Assembly (NCBI GenBank): GCA_963749155.1
Contig: CAVVLO010000002.1
Location: 1,184,001 to 1,248,000, forward strand
Direction: 5' to 3'
DNA from: an uncultured Armatimonadia bacterium
GTDB taxonomy: Bacteria; Armatimonadota; Zipacnadia; CAVVLO01
Length of the DNA: 64,000 nucleotides
The first letter of the stretch is position 1. Each line of letters opens with the position of its first letter. The notes under the pieces were generated by a model, which searched no databases, was not told the origin of the DNA, and saw only the letters and a list, made by a program, of their open reading frames with translations. Below are positions 40,400-50,129 of this stretch, piece after piece. The position numbers were made by a program, and so were the translations under genes.

Positions 40400-41065
40400 C
40401 TAGAAACCTTTAAGTAGTGAGTACGTAACCCCGATCAGCGTGTTATCGCGCGCGTCGGCAAGCGTGAACCTCAGGCCTTCGACACTCGGTAGGCTGTATT
40501 CGATTCCCCAGTTCCAGTCGTCGCTGTCATATTCGCCGATCAGCCCCAGGCCATTGTTCCAGCCGAGTTCCACGCCGTAGAAGATGCCATCGAAAAAGCC
40601 CCCACCTATGCCCAGGTTGGCATTAAAGGTCGGGATTGAATCACTCAGCTTTGCGCCCAATTTGATCGGCATCGACCCAACTACATAGAAGCTCTGATCG
40701 ATTTCATCGGTCAGGTCGATAACGCCAACGGCTACATCGAAAGGCAGTACGCGCGCGCCCAAACCACTAAGAGGAAGATACTGGTATTTCAGGTCGAGTA
40801 GGGTTTCGGTGCCATCTCCCTCGAGTTTAGCGATGCTCCCCTCAAACGTCATGAATCCGCCAGTCAGCGAATAGGCTTTTGTGTCGCCAGGGTCATCTGT
40901 GAAATAGGCGCTTCCCATAAAGCCCAGCGTGCCAGGGATTTCAGCCGTAGGGGTAAGCAGCAGGCCAGTCGGTCCGAAATAGCTCTGCCGACCCGCCTGA
41001 GCGCCAACTGCAAGCACTACCAGCAGACCGAGCACAGCTAATCCAACCAGCGGGGTTCTTCTCAT
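40400..41065 (-). CDS. YjbH-like outer membrane beta-barrel protein (copy 1)
   Basis: Signal peptide, GPTGLLLTPTA, AVGVIDL, DWNWGIEY, terminal Phe. Confidence 0.75.
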   Translation of the reverse strand: MRRTPLVGLAVLGLLVVLAVGAQAGRQSYFGPTGLLLTPTAEIPGTLGFMGSAYFTDDPGDTKAYSLTGGFMTFEGSIAKLEGDGTETLLDLKYQYLPLSGLGARVLPFDVAVGVIDLTDEIDQSFYVVGSMPIKLGAKLSDSIPTFNANLGIGGGFFDGIFYGVELGWNNGLGLIGEYDSDDWNWGIEYSLPSVEGLRFTLADARDNTLIGVTYSLLKGF

Positions 41066-41074
41066 TTGCTTTGT

Positions 41075-41851
41075 CTAGTCCTCCGTCAGCTCAAGCAGCA
41101 TCTGAGCATTCTTTACTGCCTGGCCCGCATAATGGTTATTGAAGTATACCAGTGTTAGTTGGGTTGTGGCCTCTACCTGCCGTATCTTGGGCAACCATTC
41201 ACGAAGTTCTTCCATATTGTAAAGGTAATCGTAACGTTCCCAGGCTTCGGTGTGATGCCACCATTTCGCGCTGTTGCGCCCGTGAAAGCGTATATACCCA
41301 ACATTGGAAGTGGCTCTGGCTTCAGGTGGCATCAATCCCTTCAATTGGGGTTCATCCACCGAACAAAAACCGACCTTGTGCCTTGTCATCCACTCAAAGA
41401 CGCTTTCGCGCATCCATTCCTGGTTGCGGAACTCAAATACGAGAGGCAGGTCCCCCAGTTCGCCGACAAGCCTCTCGAGAAGCTCTTTCGCAGCTTTCTC
41501 TGGTTTCAGCTTCCAGGGAAACTGACAAAGTACCGCTTGCAGTCCGCCAGCTTCCACCAGTGGCGAAAGCTCCTGTCTATATTTGACCATTAGGTCGCCG
41601 AAAGTTTCAGTTTCGACCTCATGGGTCAGCCCTTTATAAGCCTTGACGCTAAAACCAAATCCATCTGGCGCCTTCGCAAGCAGTCGCTCGAACAGTCTTG
41701 GCCCAGTCAAGGCATAGAAAGTCGAGTTTATCTCCACCGATTTGAACTGCTGGGCATATAGGGAAAACATTTCGCCCTTTTTCGTGCCCTCAGGATAGAC
41801 TTTGCCCACCCAGTCGTCATAACTGAAGCCCGAAGTGCCGACGACCAGCAT
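41075..41851 (-). CDS. DUF72 domain protein
   Basis: GTSGFSY, VEINSTFY, EFRN, YIRFHGRN, YFNNH. Confidence 0.93.
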   Translation of the reverse strand: MLVVGTSGFSYDDWVGKVYPEGTKKGEMFSLYAQQFKSVEINSTFYALTGPRLFERLLAKAPDGFGFSVKAYKGLTHEVETETFGDLMVKYRQELSPLVEAGGLQAVLCQFPWKLKPEKAAKELLERLVGELGDLPLVFEFRNQEWMRESVFEWMTRHKVGFCSVDEPQLKGLMPPEARATSNVGYIRFHGRNSAKWWHHTEAWERYDYLYNMEELREWLPKIRQVEATTQLTLVYFNNHYAGQAVKNAQMLLELTED

Positions 41852-41889
41852 CTTGCGTCCACTCCCTTGCCAGCAACTGCCAGCCAAAT

Positions 41890-41920
41890 AAAAAACCCGG
41901 GCGTTTGCCCGGGTTTTTCT
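41890..41920 (-). terminator. Rho-independent terminator after ugd
   Basis: AAAAACCCGGGC-GTTT-GCCCGGGTTTTT. Confidence 0.85.
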
Positions 41921-41942
41921 TTCGACATAAAGCAGGCGAGGC

Positions 41943-43247
41943 CTATCTGCCTATCGCGTAATACTCCAGTTTGGCGGTTTCCATCGATTCTTCATCATAG
42001 AAATTTCGCCCATCGAAGACGATTGGCTGCCGCATAAGCCCTCTGAGGCGCTCTAAATCCAGGTGCCGGAATACTTCCCACTCAGTAACCAGAGCCACTG
42101 CATCTACGCCCTCGGCAACTTCATAGGGCCCTGTGCAATATTCAATCTGCGGGAAGACTGCCTTCGCGGTTTCCATCGCCTCGGGATCATACGCCTTGAC
42201 TATTGCCCCCTCTGACAGCAGCAGATGGGCTACCTCCAGCGCGCGAGAGAACCGCACATCATCGGTCTTGGGCTTGAAAGCCAGCCCCAGCAAGCCTATC
42301 TTCTTGCCTGCCAGATCGCCCAGCCGGCGCCGGATCTTGTCTACAAAGAGCTGTACCATCCCTTCATTTACTGCGAAGCCCGAGGTTACCATATCCTTGC
42401 TAACCCCGTATTCTTCAAGCGTGTTGATGAAGGCCAGCACATCTTTTGGAAAACACGATCCGCCATATCCAAGCCCTGCCCCGAGGAAGGCCGACCCGAT
42501 GCGCGGATCATAGCCCATCGCCCTGATGACTTCCTGGATGTCGGCCCCTGCCCGCTCGCAAAGCTGAGCCAGCACATTGGCGAAGGAGATCTTGGTTGCG
42601 AGAAAGACGTTGCAGGCGTATTTGCAAAGCTCGGCCGACTCGTTGCTCGTGACGATCATTGGCCGCTCGAAAGGCGCATAAATCTGCACCAACTCCATCG
42701 CAGCTTCCTGGGTCGGCGCGCCGATGACTATCCGGATGGGATTGACCGCGTCTTCTACCGCGGCGCCTTCGCGCAGGAATTCCGGGTTGCTCGCGACCTC
42801 AAACTCGGCATCCGGGCCAACTACCTCGCGGATGGTCCGCCTTACACGCGCGGCTGTACCCACAGGTACTGTGCTCTTGCAGACCACGATGCGATACTCG
42901 TCCATCACCTCGGCGATTTCTCTGGCGACGCCAAATACCGCGCTCAGGTCTGCCCGGTGGGTTTCAGGATCGGTAGGGGTGCCTACCGCGATGAAGATAA
43001 TACGCGCCTGTTTGACCGCGGCTTTCAGGTCGGTGGAAAACTCCAGCCTGCCTCGAGCATACGTGCGCGCGACTATCTCTTCGAGGCCTGGCTCATAGAT
43101 AGGCAATTTGCCCTTTTTCAAGCCCTCGATTTTGCCCGCATCGTTGTCGACGCAGATAACATGATGCTTTCGGTCGGCCAGTACGGCGCCCGTTACGAGG
43201 CCTACATAGCCGGTGCCTACGACTGCAATCTCAGCCAAGCCAGACAC
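41943..43247 (-). CDS. ugd: UDP-glucose/GDP-mannose 6-dehydrogenase
   Basis: GTGYVG, KSTVPVG, NPEFLREG, GYGGSCFPKD, LAFKP. The true start may be TTG at 43238. Confidence 0.95.
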   Translation of the reverse strand: MSGLAEIAVVGTGYVGLVTGAVLADRKHHVICVDNDAGKIEGLKKGKLPIYEPGLEEIVARTYARGRLEFSTDLKAAVKQARIIFIAVGTPTDPETHRADLSAVFGVAREIAEVMDEYRIVVCKSTVPVGTAARVRRTIREVVGPDAEFEVASNPEFLREGAAVEDAVNPIRIVIGAPTQEAAMELVQIYAPFERPMIVTSNESAELCKYACNVFLATKISFANVLAQLCERAGADIQEVIRAMGYDPRIGSAFLGAGLGYGGSCFPKDVLAFINTLEEYGVSKDMVTSGFAVNEGMVQLFVDKIRRRLGDLAGKKIGLLGLAFKPKTDDVRFSRALEVAHLLLSEGAIVKAYDPEAMETAKAVFPQIEYCTGPYEVAEGVDAVALVTEWEVFRHLDLERLRGLMRQPIVFDGRNFYDEESMETAKLEYYAIGR

Positions 43248-43268
43248 CTCTTAGGGGAAGGGGGAGAG

Positions 43269-43344
43269 TGGAGCCGGCGAGGCGAATCGAACGCCTAACC
43301 TGGTGATTACGATTCACCTGCTCTGCCAATTGAGCTACGCCGGC
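43269..43344 (-). tRNA. tRNA-Thr(CGT)
   Basis: 76-nt cloverleaf; anticodon arm GGTGA-ATCGTAA-TCACC; GTTCGA T-loop; encoded CCA. Confidence 0.95.
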
Positions 43345-43354
43345 TCGTCGAAAA

Positions 43355-43430
43355 TGGTGCCGGGGGCCAGAGTTGAACTGGCGACACTCGGATTTTCAGT
43401 CCGATGCTCTACCTCCTGAGCTACCCCGGC
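43355..43430 (-). tRNA. tRNA-Phe(GAA)
   Basis: 76-nt cloverleaf; TCGGA-CTGAAAA-TCCGA; encoded CCA. Confidence 0.96.
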
Positions 43431-43440
43431 ACGCCGCATC

Positions 43441-43540
43441 AGCATAACTAGTAGAGGTATGTCAGTCAAGGCCGAAGGGCTTGACCAAACTCCCTCACGA
43501 CGAGCCGCGTTATTCTAACACCCAGCCTGCGAGGGCGCAA
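43441..43540 (-). promoter_or_regulatory. Tandem sigma70 promoters for the tRNA-Phe/Thr unit
   Basis: TTGCGC-N17-TAGAAT (43540-43512) and TTGACT-N17-TATGCT (43469-43441). Confidence 0.6.
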
Positions 43541-43559
43541 GGTGAAGGAAGACGACCTT

Positions 43560-44744
43560 TCACCTCGCCTGAGGTGCGGGCTGCCAGTAAGCCCACATCG
43601 CTGCGTGGCCAGGCTGGAGCCTGGTGATGGGAAACGCCTCTGTGCCATCTGGCTTTGCCACATAGAGCTGCCTTACGCCGTCTCGCGTAGCCCCGAAAAG
43701 CAGCCACTGGCCGTCTGGCGAAGGCTTTGGGTGGTAGTGCGCTACTCCCGGCGCCGATGAGCTGAGCTGCTCCACTCGCCCATCCAGGAAGACGCGCATC
43801 AGCTCGATGGCTCCGCCCACCTTTGCGGTGTAATAGATCGACGTGCCCTCTTGTGACCAGACGGGGGTGTCGCTGCTACCTCCGTGATAATCCGGCACAT
43901 CCAGGAAGGCCGTAACCCCCTCGTACCCACCCCTGTCAGCGAGCTTGCGCAGTTCAGTGCCATCTCGCCTGATGAGGAAGGGGTGGCAGTTGTAGTGTTC
44001 TCCGGACAGGAAAAGCACCCACTGGCCGTCCGGAGACCAGGTTGGCACGAAGTTGAAGGGATTGCCGGTCTCGATCTTCACTGGGTGCCCGCCATCGGCG
44101 TCTGCCAGATAAACCTGGTAGTCTTTGTGATAGGCGATCCTCTCACCATCGGGCGAGGCGCTGAAGCCGTAAGCGAAGCCGGAGCCCTGAGCCAGGTCAC
44201 GCTTGTCCGTGCCGTCAAGTCTCATGCTGAAGGGATGAGACTCTCCTCCTGACAGGGCTGTGAAACCATAGCTTTCTGGGTCGCCAGGCCAGGAAAACAG
44301 TCCACTGTTGTAGTTGCTGACTCTGTCGACTTCGGTCAAGTTGACGAGTCTGCCGGTGGCCAGGTCTAACACGCAGCAGTCGAGTAGCCACTTGCCGGGA
44401 TCCATCCGGAAGCTCTGGTGTGCCTCCTCCCAGGCTGCATTCTCCGGATCTTCCCAGCCAACGTTGATAAAAGCCTGCTTCCCATCAGCCGACCAACCAC
44501 CGAATTGAGTCCAGCTGTTCGGTGCACTAGCCAGGCTACGCGCCAACTCGCGCCGACCTGTCCCGTCCGCCCTAACGACCATCGCTCGTGTCGTGGAGGT
44601 GTTTGCGAATCGCCCTCCTGGCAGGTTGGTAAGGAGCTCGGAGTATCCTATCAGCGTTTGCGGTCGAGGTGCTGCTTGCCCGCAGCAATTAGCCAGCCCT
44701 GCCAACACAAGGCATAACCCGACAAGCCCACAATAACTCGGCAT
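43560..44744 (-). CDS. TolB-like/PD40-repeat beta-propeller protein, exported
   Basis: Repeated WSADG/SPDG/WSPDG motifs; N-terminal signal-like segment. Confidence 0.85.
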   Translation of the reverse strand: MPSYCGLVGLCLVLAGLANCCGQAAPRPQTLIGYSELLTNLPGGRFANTSTTRAMVVRADGTGRRELARSLASAPNSWTQFGGWSADGKQAFINVGWEDPENAAWEEAHQSFRMDPGKWLLDCCVLDLATGRLVNLTEVDRVSNYNSGLFSWPGDPESYGFTALSGGESHPFSMRLDGTDKRDLAQGSGFAYGFSASPDGERIAYHKDYQVYLADADGGHPVKIETGNPFNFVPTWSPDGQWVLFLSGEHYNCHPFLIRRDGTELRKLADRGGYEGVTAFLDVPDYHGGSSDTPVWSQEGTSIYYTAKVGGAIELMRVFLDGRVEQLSSSAPGVAHYHPKPSPDGQWLLFGATRDGVRQLYVAKPDGTEAFPITRLQPGHAAMWAYWQPAPQAR

Positions 44745-44754
44745 AGCCCTCCCT

Positions 44755-46564
44755 CTACTCCACCAGCTTGCGCATCCCAGCAATCCAGTCTTCGAAATCC
44801 GGTCCGCCCTCTCGGGTATGCGTCATTTTTATGCGCCTGGCTAGCTGTTCGAATCGGTCGAGAGTAGCTCTGAAGGCTAGGTTATTAGCGGGCTTGCCCT
44901 GTGCCGAATCGCGCATCAGCTCTGCGTAGAGCAGTTGCAGCTCGCACTCCCCGACGCGCTGCCTCGTCTCCTCATCCTCGGCCAGTGCGTTGGCGCGCCG
45001 GAAGCAGTCCCTTGCCTCCGTCATAAATCTCTCATCAAACAAGGTCATCGGATACCGTATGCCAACGCCCTTGAGACTGGTATGGCGCTCCCTCTCCCAC
45101 AAGTCCCAAAGCAGTCTCTCATAATCCCAAATCGGGTCTGCGGCCTCGCCGTAATAACCGTAGACGAAAGTCTTTCATCAGTGCCAACGTGTCCAGACTC
45201 GGATCCCAAAGTTGCTTGGCCCATACCCAGGTGCGCATAAAGCCCTCTGCGGTGCCTGGAGTCTGGTAATTGCCCTGCAGCATCACTCCCTTCGCGTTGT
45301 GCTCCACGAAGAACCTGATACTGTCCGTCACCACCTGCCAGTTCGGCATCGGCCCGGCATAGTGACTGAAGTTGCACGTATAGTCCCAGATGCTGAGGTC
45401 TGCGCCCATGGCAGCCCAGGCTTTCATCCTGGTTTGAAAAGTCTCGGTCTCCTCAATTAGCAGGAAGGGCTCCGCCCAGGCATGGCTGTCGGTGCACAGC
45501 CGCACAATCACGTTCTGATGCGGCTTGATAGTCTTCGGCGGCATTGAAGTATCCAGATAGGCGAGGGTCGAGATACGCACCTTGGGAAACTCCTTGCCTA
45601 CTTCGTCGGCGACCGCGTTCACAAACTTCAGAAGCGGGCCGGACATGCTGCCCTCAGCCTCGGCCAGCGCCTTGCAGTCGGCGCATGCGCAGCAAGGTAC
45701 CGAATCGTTCTGCGAGATACTGATGAGCTGGGCATCAGGCCTTCCTCGCAGAAGGCGCTTGGCGCTCTCTGCGGCGATTTTCACTACTTCCGGATTGGAC
45801 ATGCAAAGCTGCCCAGGATCACGCTGGCCGTTATGCTCCGAGAAATACTCCGGATGCTCTGCAAAATACTTGTCAGGGGGCACCAGAGTAGAAAAAGTAT
45901 GCACGAACAGAGCGTAGGCCGCGTGCCCGCCCCATTCCTCAGGCACCTTGGCATCGGGCGCATTGGTGCGGTTGCGCAGTGACCAGGTGCCATCGAAAGC
46001 TTCCCAGTAGAAGGGATCTCGTATTGCCAGCGGGGGTACATAGGTGCGTTTCACTGGGCGCACTTTAAGCGTCGGCCGGTAGGGGATGGTCTCTGAGAAC
46101 CGCGAATACCACCTGCACCCGAGGTCCTCTTCCAGCAGCGCGTAGACCGCGTTGATTGGGCCCCTGGTCGCCCCCCCAATCAGAAAGAGGTTGCCGTCCT
46201 GCTCATCGATGCCATAGCCTTCATCTCCCAGCTTGGCCCATAATAGGCGCGAGCCGGACTGCGCCAGCAGCTTCGTCGGCCCGATACTGATAAATTGTGC
46301 CCCAGTCACCAACTTGGACTCCGTCATCACTGAGAAGCTTGCGCCACTCAGCTCCCCTAGCCACTGGGCGAGGTCAGCCGCCGCCTTCTGCTCCTCCGTG
46401 GTTGGTCTGTCTCGAGTTACAATCTGATATCGCGCCTGCCCGCCCTTGGCCAGAGTAAGCTCAGTGCCCTGCGGCCCTTTGGGACTCAGCGCGTTTTTCC
46501 ACGTCGCCCCCAGCGCAATCCCGCTCAGCAGCATTGCCATCAGCACAAAGAGAATCGGTTTCAT
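44755..46564 (-). CDS. DUF4838-like secreted protein, frameshift near 45168
   Basis: GPINAVYALLEEDLGCRW, HPEYF, QLCMSNP, SQND-CxCxxC, LAY, WDY motifs. Removing one base gives DFVYGYYGEAA...; about 602 aa. Confidence 0.78.
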
Positions 46565-46648
46565 CGGCGTTCCTCCTGGCATACAGGCCCTTCTTTTCAA
46601 TGCCACCAGCCAGCTTTCCTGCCAGTTACCATATCCCGTATCCCAACG

Positions 46649-46681
46649 AAAAAAGCTCCAGGCCTATTGGGCCGGAGCTTT
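46649..46681 (-). terminator. Terminator downstream of tRNA-Val
   Basis: AAAGCTCC(A)GGCC-TATTG-GGCCGGAGCTTT with a T-run on the minus strand. Confidence 0.75.
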
Positions 46682-46713
46682 GCTTCCTTCCAGTATTCAA
46701 TTTACAGGACAGA

Positions 46714-46789
46714 TGGTGGGCGGAACAGGGCTCGAACCTGTGACCTCCTGCTTGTAAGGCAGGCGTTCTCCCAACTGAACTACCCGCCC
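46714..46789 (-). tRNA. tRNA-Val(TAC)
   Basis: 76-nt cloverleaf; CCTGC-CTTACAA-GCAGG; encoded CCA. Confidence 0.96.
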
Positions 46790-46812
46790 ACGCCACCGCG
46801 ACTAGCCGGCCA

Positions 46813-46842
46813 AGTATAGCCGGGGCCTTGAGGGCCTGTCAA
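46813..46842 (-). promoter_or_regulatory. Sigma70 promoter of tRNA-Val
   Basis: TTGACA-N18-TATACT. Confidence 0.7.
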
Positions 46843-46927
46843 CGCCCTCGCCGCCCTCCAGCAGGACTTGCTTGCTCTCTGGCCAAACTTCGACTAGAAC
46901 GCGTCCACCCAAAGGGGAGGGAGCTTT

Positions 46928-48568
46928 ATGCTCCGCAGCCTGCTGCCCCACCTGGCAGCTCTTATACTGGTGATATTTATGACGGCCTCCGCCCGGCCTG
47001 CTGAGACTCCACCCTTCCGCGTTGGCATCGAGTTTCCCACCCAGGTGCCCGTCAGCAACGCCGTCAAGTTAGGTCTGAAGGAAATGGGCCTGAATTTCAT
47101 CAACTACTATGTGACAACCTTTCCCGGTGGGATCGACCTGCCCGAACAGCAGACCAACGAGGCAATGATTGCCCTCTGTGAGGAGCTTGGACTGGACTTT
47201 GCCCTGGCCTGTCATATGTATGACCCGCCCGAAGAAATCGTCAAGGCTTGCGTCGCTCACAACTCGCTGGAAGGCGCCAAATCCGAGTATCTGGGCCTGC
47301 TTTTCGACGAACTCGAACACGCTCGTGTGCTCCATCACTTTGGTCCCAACCAGCTTGCCGACCTCAGCCAGGTCACCGATCTGCCGGGCGCTTACCTGGC
47401 GAATCTGGCCGGTTACCGGAACCTCGCCCAAAAATATGCCGAGCTCGGTAGCCCTGTAATCGCAACTCATGTTTTTCCCGTATTGCTGCATCTGGCAGCC
47501 GAATCAGGCTTCATCCCTTGCCCCAAAGTCTGCAAGGAGTTCTATTCGCCGGTCAGCCTTGCAGTCGGTCTTGGAGCCGCAAAGCAATATGGGACGCCTC
47601 TCTGGGTGGACTGCGACCTCTGGTATATGGATTTGATTCCTGGCCATCCCGCCGAAGAACTGAAAAGCAATCTCCTGCTTGCCTACCTCGCTGGCGCCGA
47701 CCTCGTCTACCTTGAAGGTTCTGGCTTCAACCTGCACCCCGCGGGCAATCAGGGCACCCCTTTTAGTCTCATCAATCAGATCAGCCCCGAGCGCTTCCAG
47801 CTCACGCTCCACGGCGAGGCTCTGCGCTGGTTCTGCCGTGACTGGCTCCCAGCCAACCCGCGCACCTGGACCTTCCGCGACCTCACTCCCGACGTCGCCA
47901 TCGTGCGCTTTGACGATTCGGACTATGGCAAGCGCTACCAAAGCGACACCGATTACTGGGGCAGGCTTTTCGGGGTAAAGTCTCTGTTGCCCGATGCTGA
48001 CACCGAGGCCTGGCTTCATATCTGGGATCTCCTGACTCACGGCAAGACGGGCACTACGGGAATAACCTACTTCAAAACTCTTTTTGGCCCTTCCGGAGTT
48101 GGCTGGTCAGAAAGGACTATGGATGATCACCAGGTGCCAGGTTATGCCAGCAGGCCTGTCCAGTCTGGCTTCCATACCTTCTTCACACCCTTCAATAACA
48201 CCGTGGTCTATGACCATAAGGTCGGTTATGACCTGTTGAAGGAAGTCCCGTTGATTTTCGCCACCGGCAAGCTTCTCTCGGAGGACACCTGGCAGGCGCT
48301 CGAGCGCCGCGTAGAAGAAGGGGGTACTTGCATTATTTGGGCGCCGCTTGCCGCCAAACTGGGACTCAAGACCGACGGCCAGCCAGTCCAGGAAATAAAA
48401 CACGGCACGGGGCGCTTCGTGGTTACAGACGACTTCGAGGCAGGCAGCGTCCATCAATATGTCTGGCCCTGGCTGCCCAGGCCCGACCGTATCCGCTTCC
48501 GCTTCGGCGACCGCGAAGTATTGCTTTGGAAAGTCACCGAGAACGAAATCAGGCCCGAGGTGAAATAA
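46928..48568 (+). CDS. Hypothetical secreted protein (possible GH-like TIM barrel)
   Basis: 546-aa ORF with signal peptide and strong RBS; no family recognised with certainty. Confidence 0.7.
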   Translation: MLRSLLPHLAALILVIFMTASARPAETPPFRVGIEFPTQVPVSNAVKLGLKEMGLNFINYYVTTFPGGIDLPEQQTNEAMIALCEELGLDFALACHMYDPPEEIVKACVAHNSLEGAKSEYLGLLFDELEHARVLHHFGPNQLADLSQVTDLPGAYLANLAGYRNLAQKYAELGSPVIATHVFPVLLHLAAESGFIPCPKVCKEFYSPVSLAVGLGAAKQYGTPLWVDCDLWYMDLIPGHPAEELKSNLLLAYLAGADLVYLEGSGFNLHPAGNQGTPFSLINQISPERFQLTLHGEALRWFCRDWLPANPRTWTFRDLTPDVAIVRFDDSDYGKRYQSDTDYWGRLFGVKSLLPDADTEAWLHIWDLLTHGKTGTTGITYFKTLFGPSGVGWSERTMDDHQVPGYASRPVQSGFHTFFTPFNNTVVYDHKVGYDLLKEVPLIFATGKLLSEDTWQALERRVEEGGTCIIWAPLAAKLGLKTDGQPVQEIKHGTGRFVVTDDFEAGSVHQYVWPWLPRPDRIRFRFGDREVLLWKVTENEIRPEVK

Positions 48569-48574
48569 GCGAGT

Positions 48575-49264
48575 TTACTGGCCAGCCGTTGGCGGTGGGA
48601 AGAAGCTGTCCTGCAGCCCGATATTGAACTTGTATTCTTTGAAGCTCAGGTCAATGACGGTCGGCTCTGGCTCTCCCGCTTTTATGGTCACGAGCACCTT
48701 CTGGGGCAGCCACCATTGGCTCGAATACTTGGCATTGGTAAACCGCGCGACAAGCGACATATACTCCTCTTCAATTTTGAGTTGTTCCAGCGTGAACCGC
48801 TCCTTGTCCAGCCACGCGTAAACAGGCTTTGGCTTGGGTGGCTGAGACGGTCCTCTGCCAGGCCCTGCGGTTGGCGGCGCGCTTGGCACTACTGGTACGA
48901 TTTTCACCACATAACAAGTCCGGCCGCCCAGCACGCGCTCCCCCGTGTAATAGAGCTTGGCGTGCTTGCGCAGTTCTCCCAGTGGATTCCCAAACAACAC
49001 CTGTTTTTCCGGCAGCACCGCGAAGCCACTCACTGGGTCCAGTCTCATCTTGTCCGGCTTCTTGTAGCTCAGCTTCACGACTATGCGCGGCGCCTCAATA
49101 CTGGGGCCTGTAATCGAGAGGTTCAGCAAAACCTGGTAATCCTTGAGCGTCGGATTTAGACTGGCAGCCTTGTTTACCATCTCCTCAACCGACAGGCACC
49201 AGCTGCAGGCTGCCCAGAGGAGCATCAGGCCTGTTACCAAAACTATTTGAGTACGATGTCTCAT
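48575..49264 (-). CDS. LolA-like outer membrane lipoprotein carrier/sorting protein
   Basis: Signal peptide, YKKPDKMRLD, GRTCYVVKIVP, WLDKE, YKFNIGLQDSFF pattern. Confidence 0.7.
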   Translation of the reverse strand: MRHRTQIVLVTGLMLLWAACSWCLSVEEMVNKAASLNPTLKDYQVLLNLSITGPSIEAPRIVVKLSYKKPDKMRLDPVSGFAVLPEKQVLFGNPLGELRKHAKLYYTGERVLGGRTCYVVKIVPVVPSAPPTAGPGRGPSQPPKPKPVYAWLDKERFTLEQLKIEEEYMSLVARFTNAKYSSQWWLPQKVLVTIKAGEPEPTVIDLSFKEYKFNIGLQDSFFPPPTAGQ

Positions 49265-49277
49265 CAGCTTTTTCTCC

Positions 49278-50129
49278 TTACGCCGATATATCTCGAGCCG
49301 TAAAAATCGAGAAAGCAAGTGTTATGCTCAGGGCCGCATAGACAACTGTGTACCAGTAGTCCTGTACCAGCGCGACCCAATCCGGGCTGACGCGAAATCC
49401 CTGTTGCCAGCCAAGATAATAGGAGGTGATGAAATAGGGCTTGAGGGTCTCGAAAAATTCGAAGGGCATCACGCTTAACACCGCCATCGAAACAAGCGTC
49501 CCCAGCACCGTGATAATCGCAACAGGGCCAGATTTCATTACCACCGAGGCAAGCAATGCAAGCCCCATCAAGGCTTCAAGCCACAGAAACTGCATACCAA
49601 GCGCCAGTGTAAACCGGACCAGTGCCATATCCCAGGGCAAGATGATGATCTTTTGACTGCTCTGGCCAGGCCCCATTGGCGGGATAACCAGGTCTCCAAA
49701 TCCAAGCACAGCCCAGCCTGCAAGCAGACTGGCGACCACCAGGAAGACCGTCAGGCTCAGGCTGTAGCAAGAGGCCACAACCCACTTGGCAATTATCAGC
49801 TTCGCTCTGCTTACCGGTCGGCATAGGGTGGTGCGCAAGGTGCCCGAAGCCCATTCACCAGCCACCGTGTTGCCTGCCACATAGACCGAAAAAAGTATCA
49901 CCAGCCAGGAAGCCGCAAACATCGCCCAATACGCGAAGAAAGTCGCCGTTGCCGGAGAGCCCACGGCATCAATACCCTGAGACTGCACCATTCCGCCTGT
50001 CATCTCGCGCTTGAATCTCGCCATTGCCCACAGTATGAGACTCAGGTTGGCCAGCAGGGCCGCATACCCAAAATAGGTGCTCTTGCGCTTGAACAGTTTG
50101 GCAAACTCAACTGCGAGCAAGCTCATCAT
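49278..50129 (-). CDS. ABC-2 type transporter permease
   Basis: AGEWASGTLRTTLCRPVSRAKLIIAK motif; about six TM segments. Confidence 0.88.
   Translation of the reverse strand: MMSLLAVEFAKLFKRKSTYFGYAALLANLSLILWAMARFKREMTGGMVQSQGIDAVGSPATATFFAYWAMFAASWLVILFSVYVAGNTVAGEWASGTLRTTLCRPVSRAKLIIAKWVVASCYSLSLTVFLVVASLLAGWAVLGFGDLVIPPMGPGQSSQKIIILPWDMALVRFTLALGMQFLWLEALMGLALLASVVMKSGPVAIITVLGTLVSMAVLSVMPFEFFETLKPYFITSYYLGWQQGFRVSPDWVALVQDYWYTVVYAALSITLAFSIFTARDISA

Noticed and set aside
42225..43298. 357-aa plus-strand ORF
   Set aside because: Antisense to ugd and overlapping tRNA-Thr; shadow ORF.
43560..46713. Genomic island integrated at tRNA-Val or tRNA-Phe
   Set aside because: No integrase and no duplicated tRNA 3' end (att site) found by eye.
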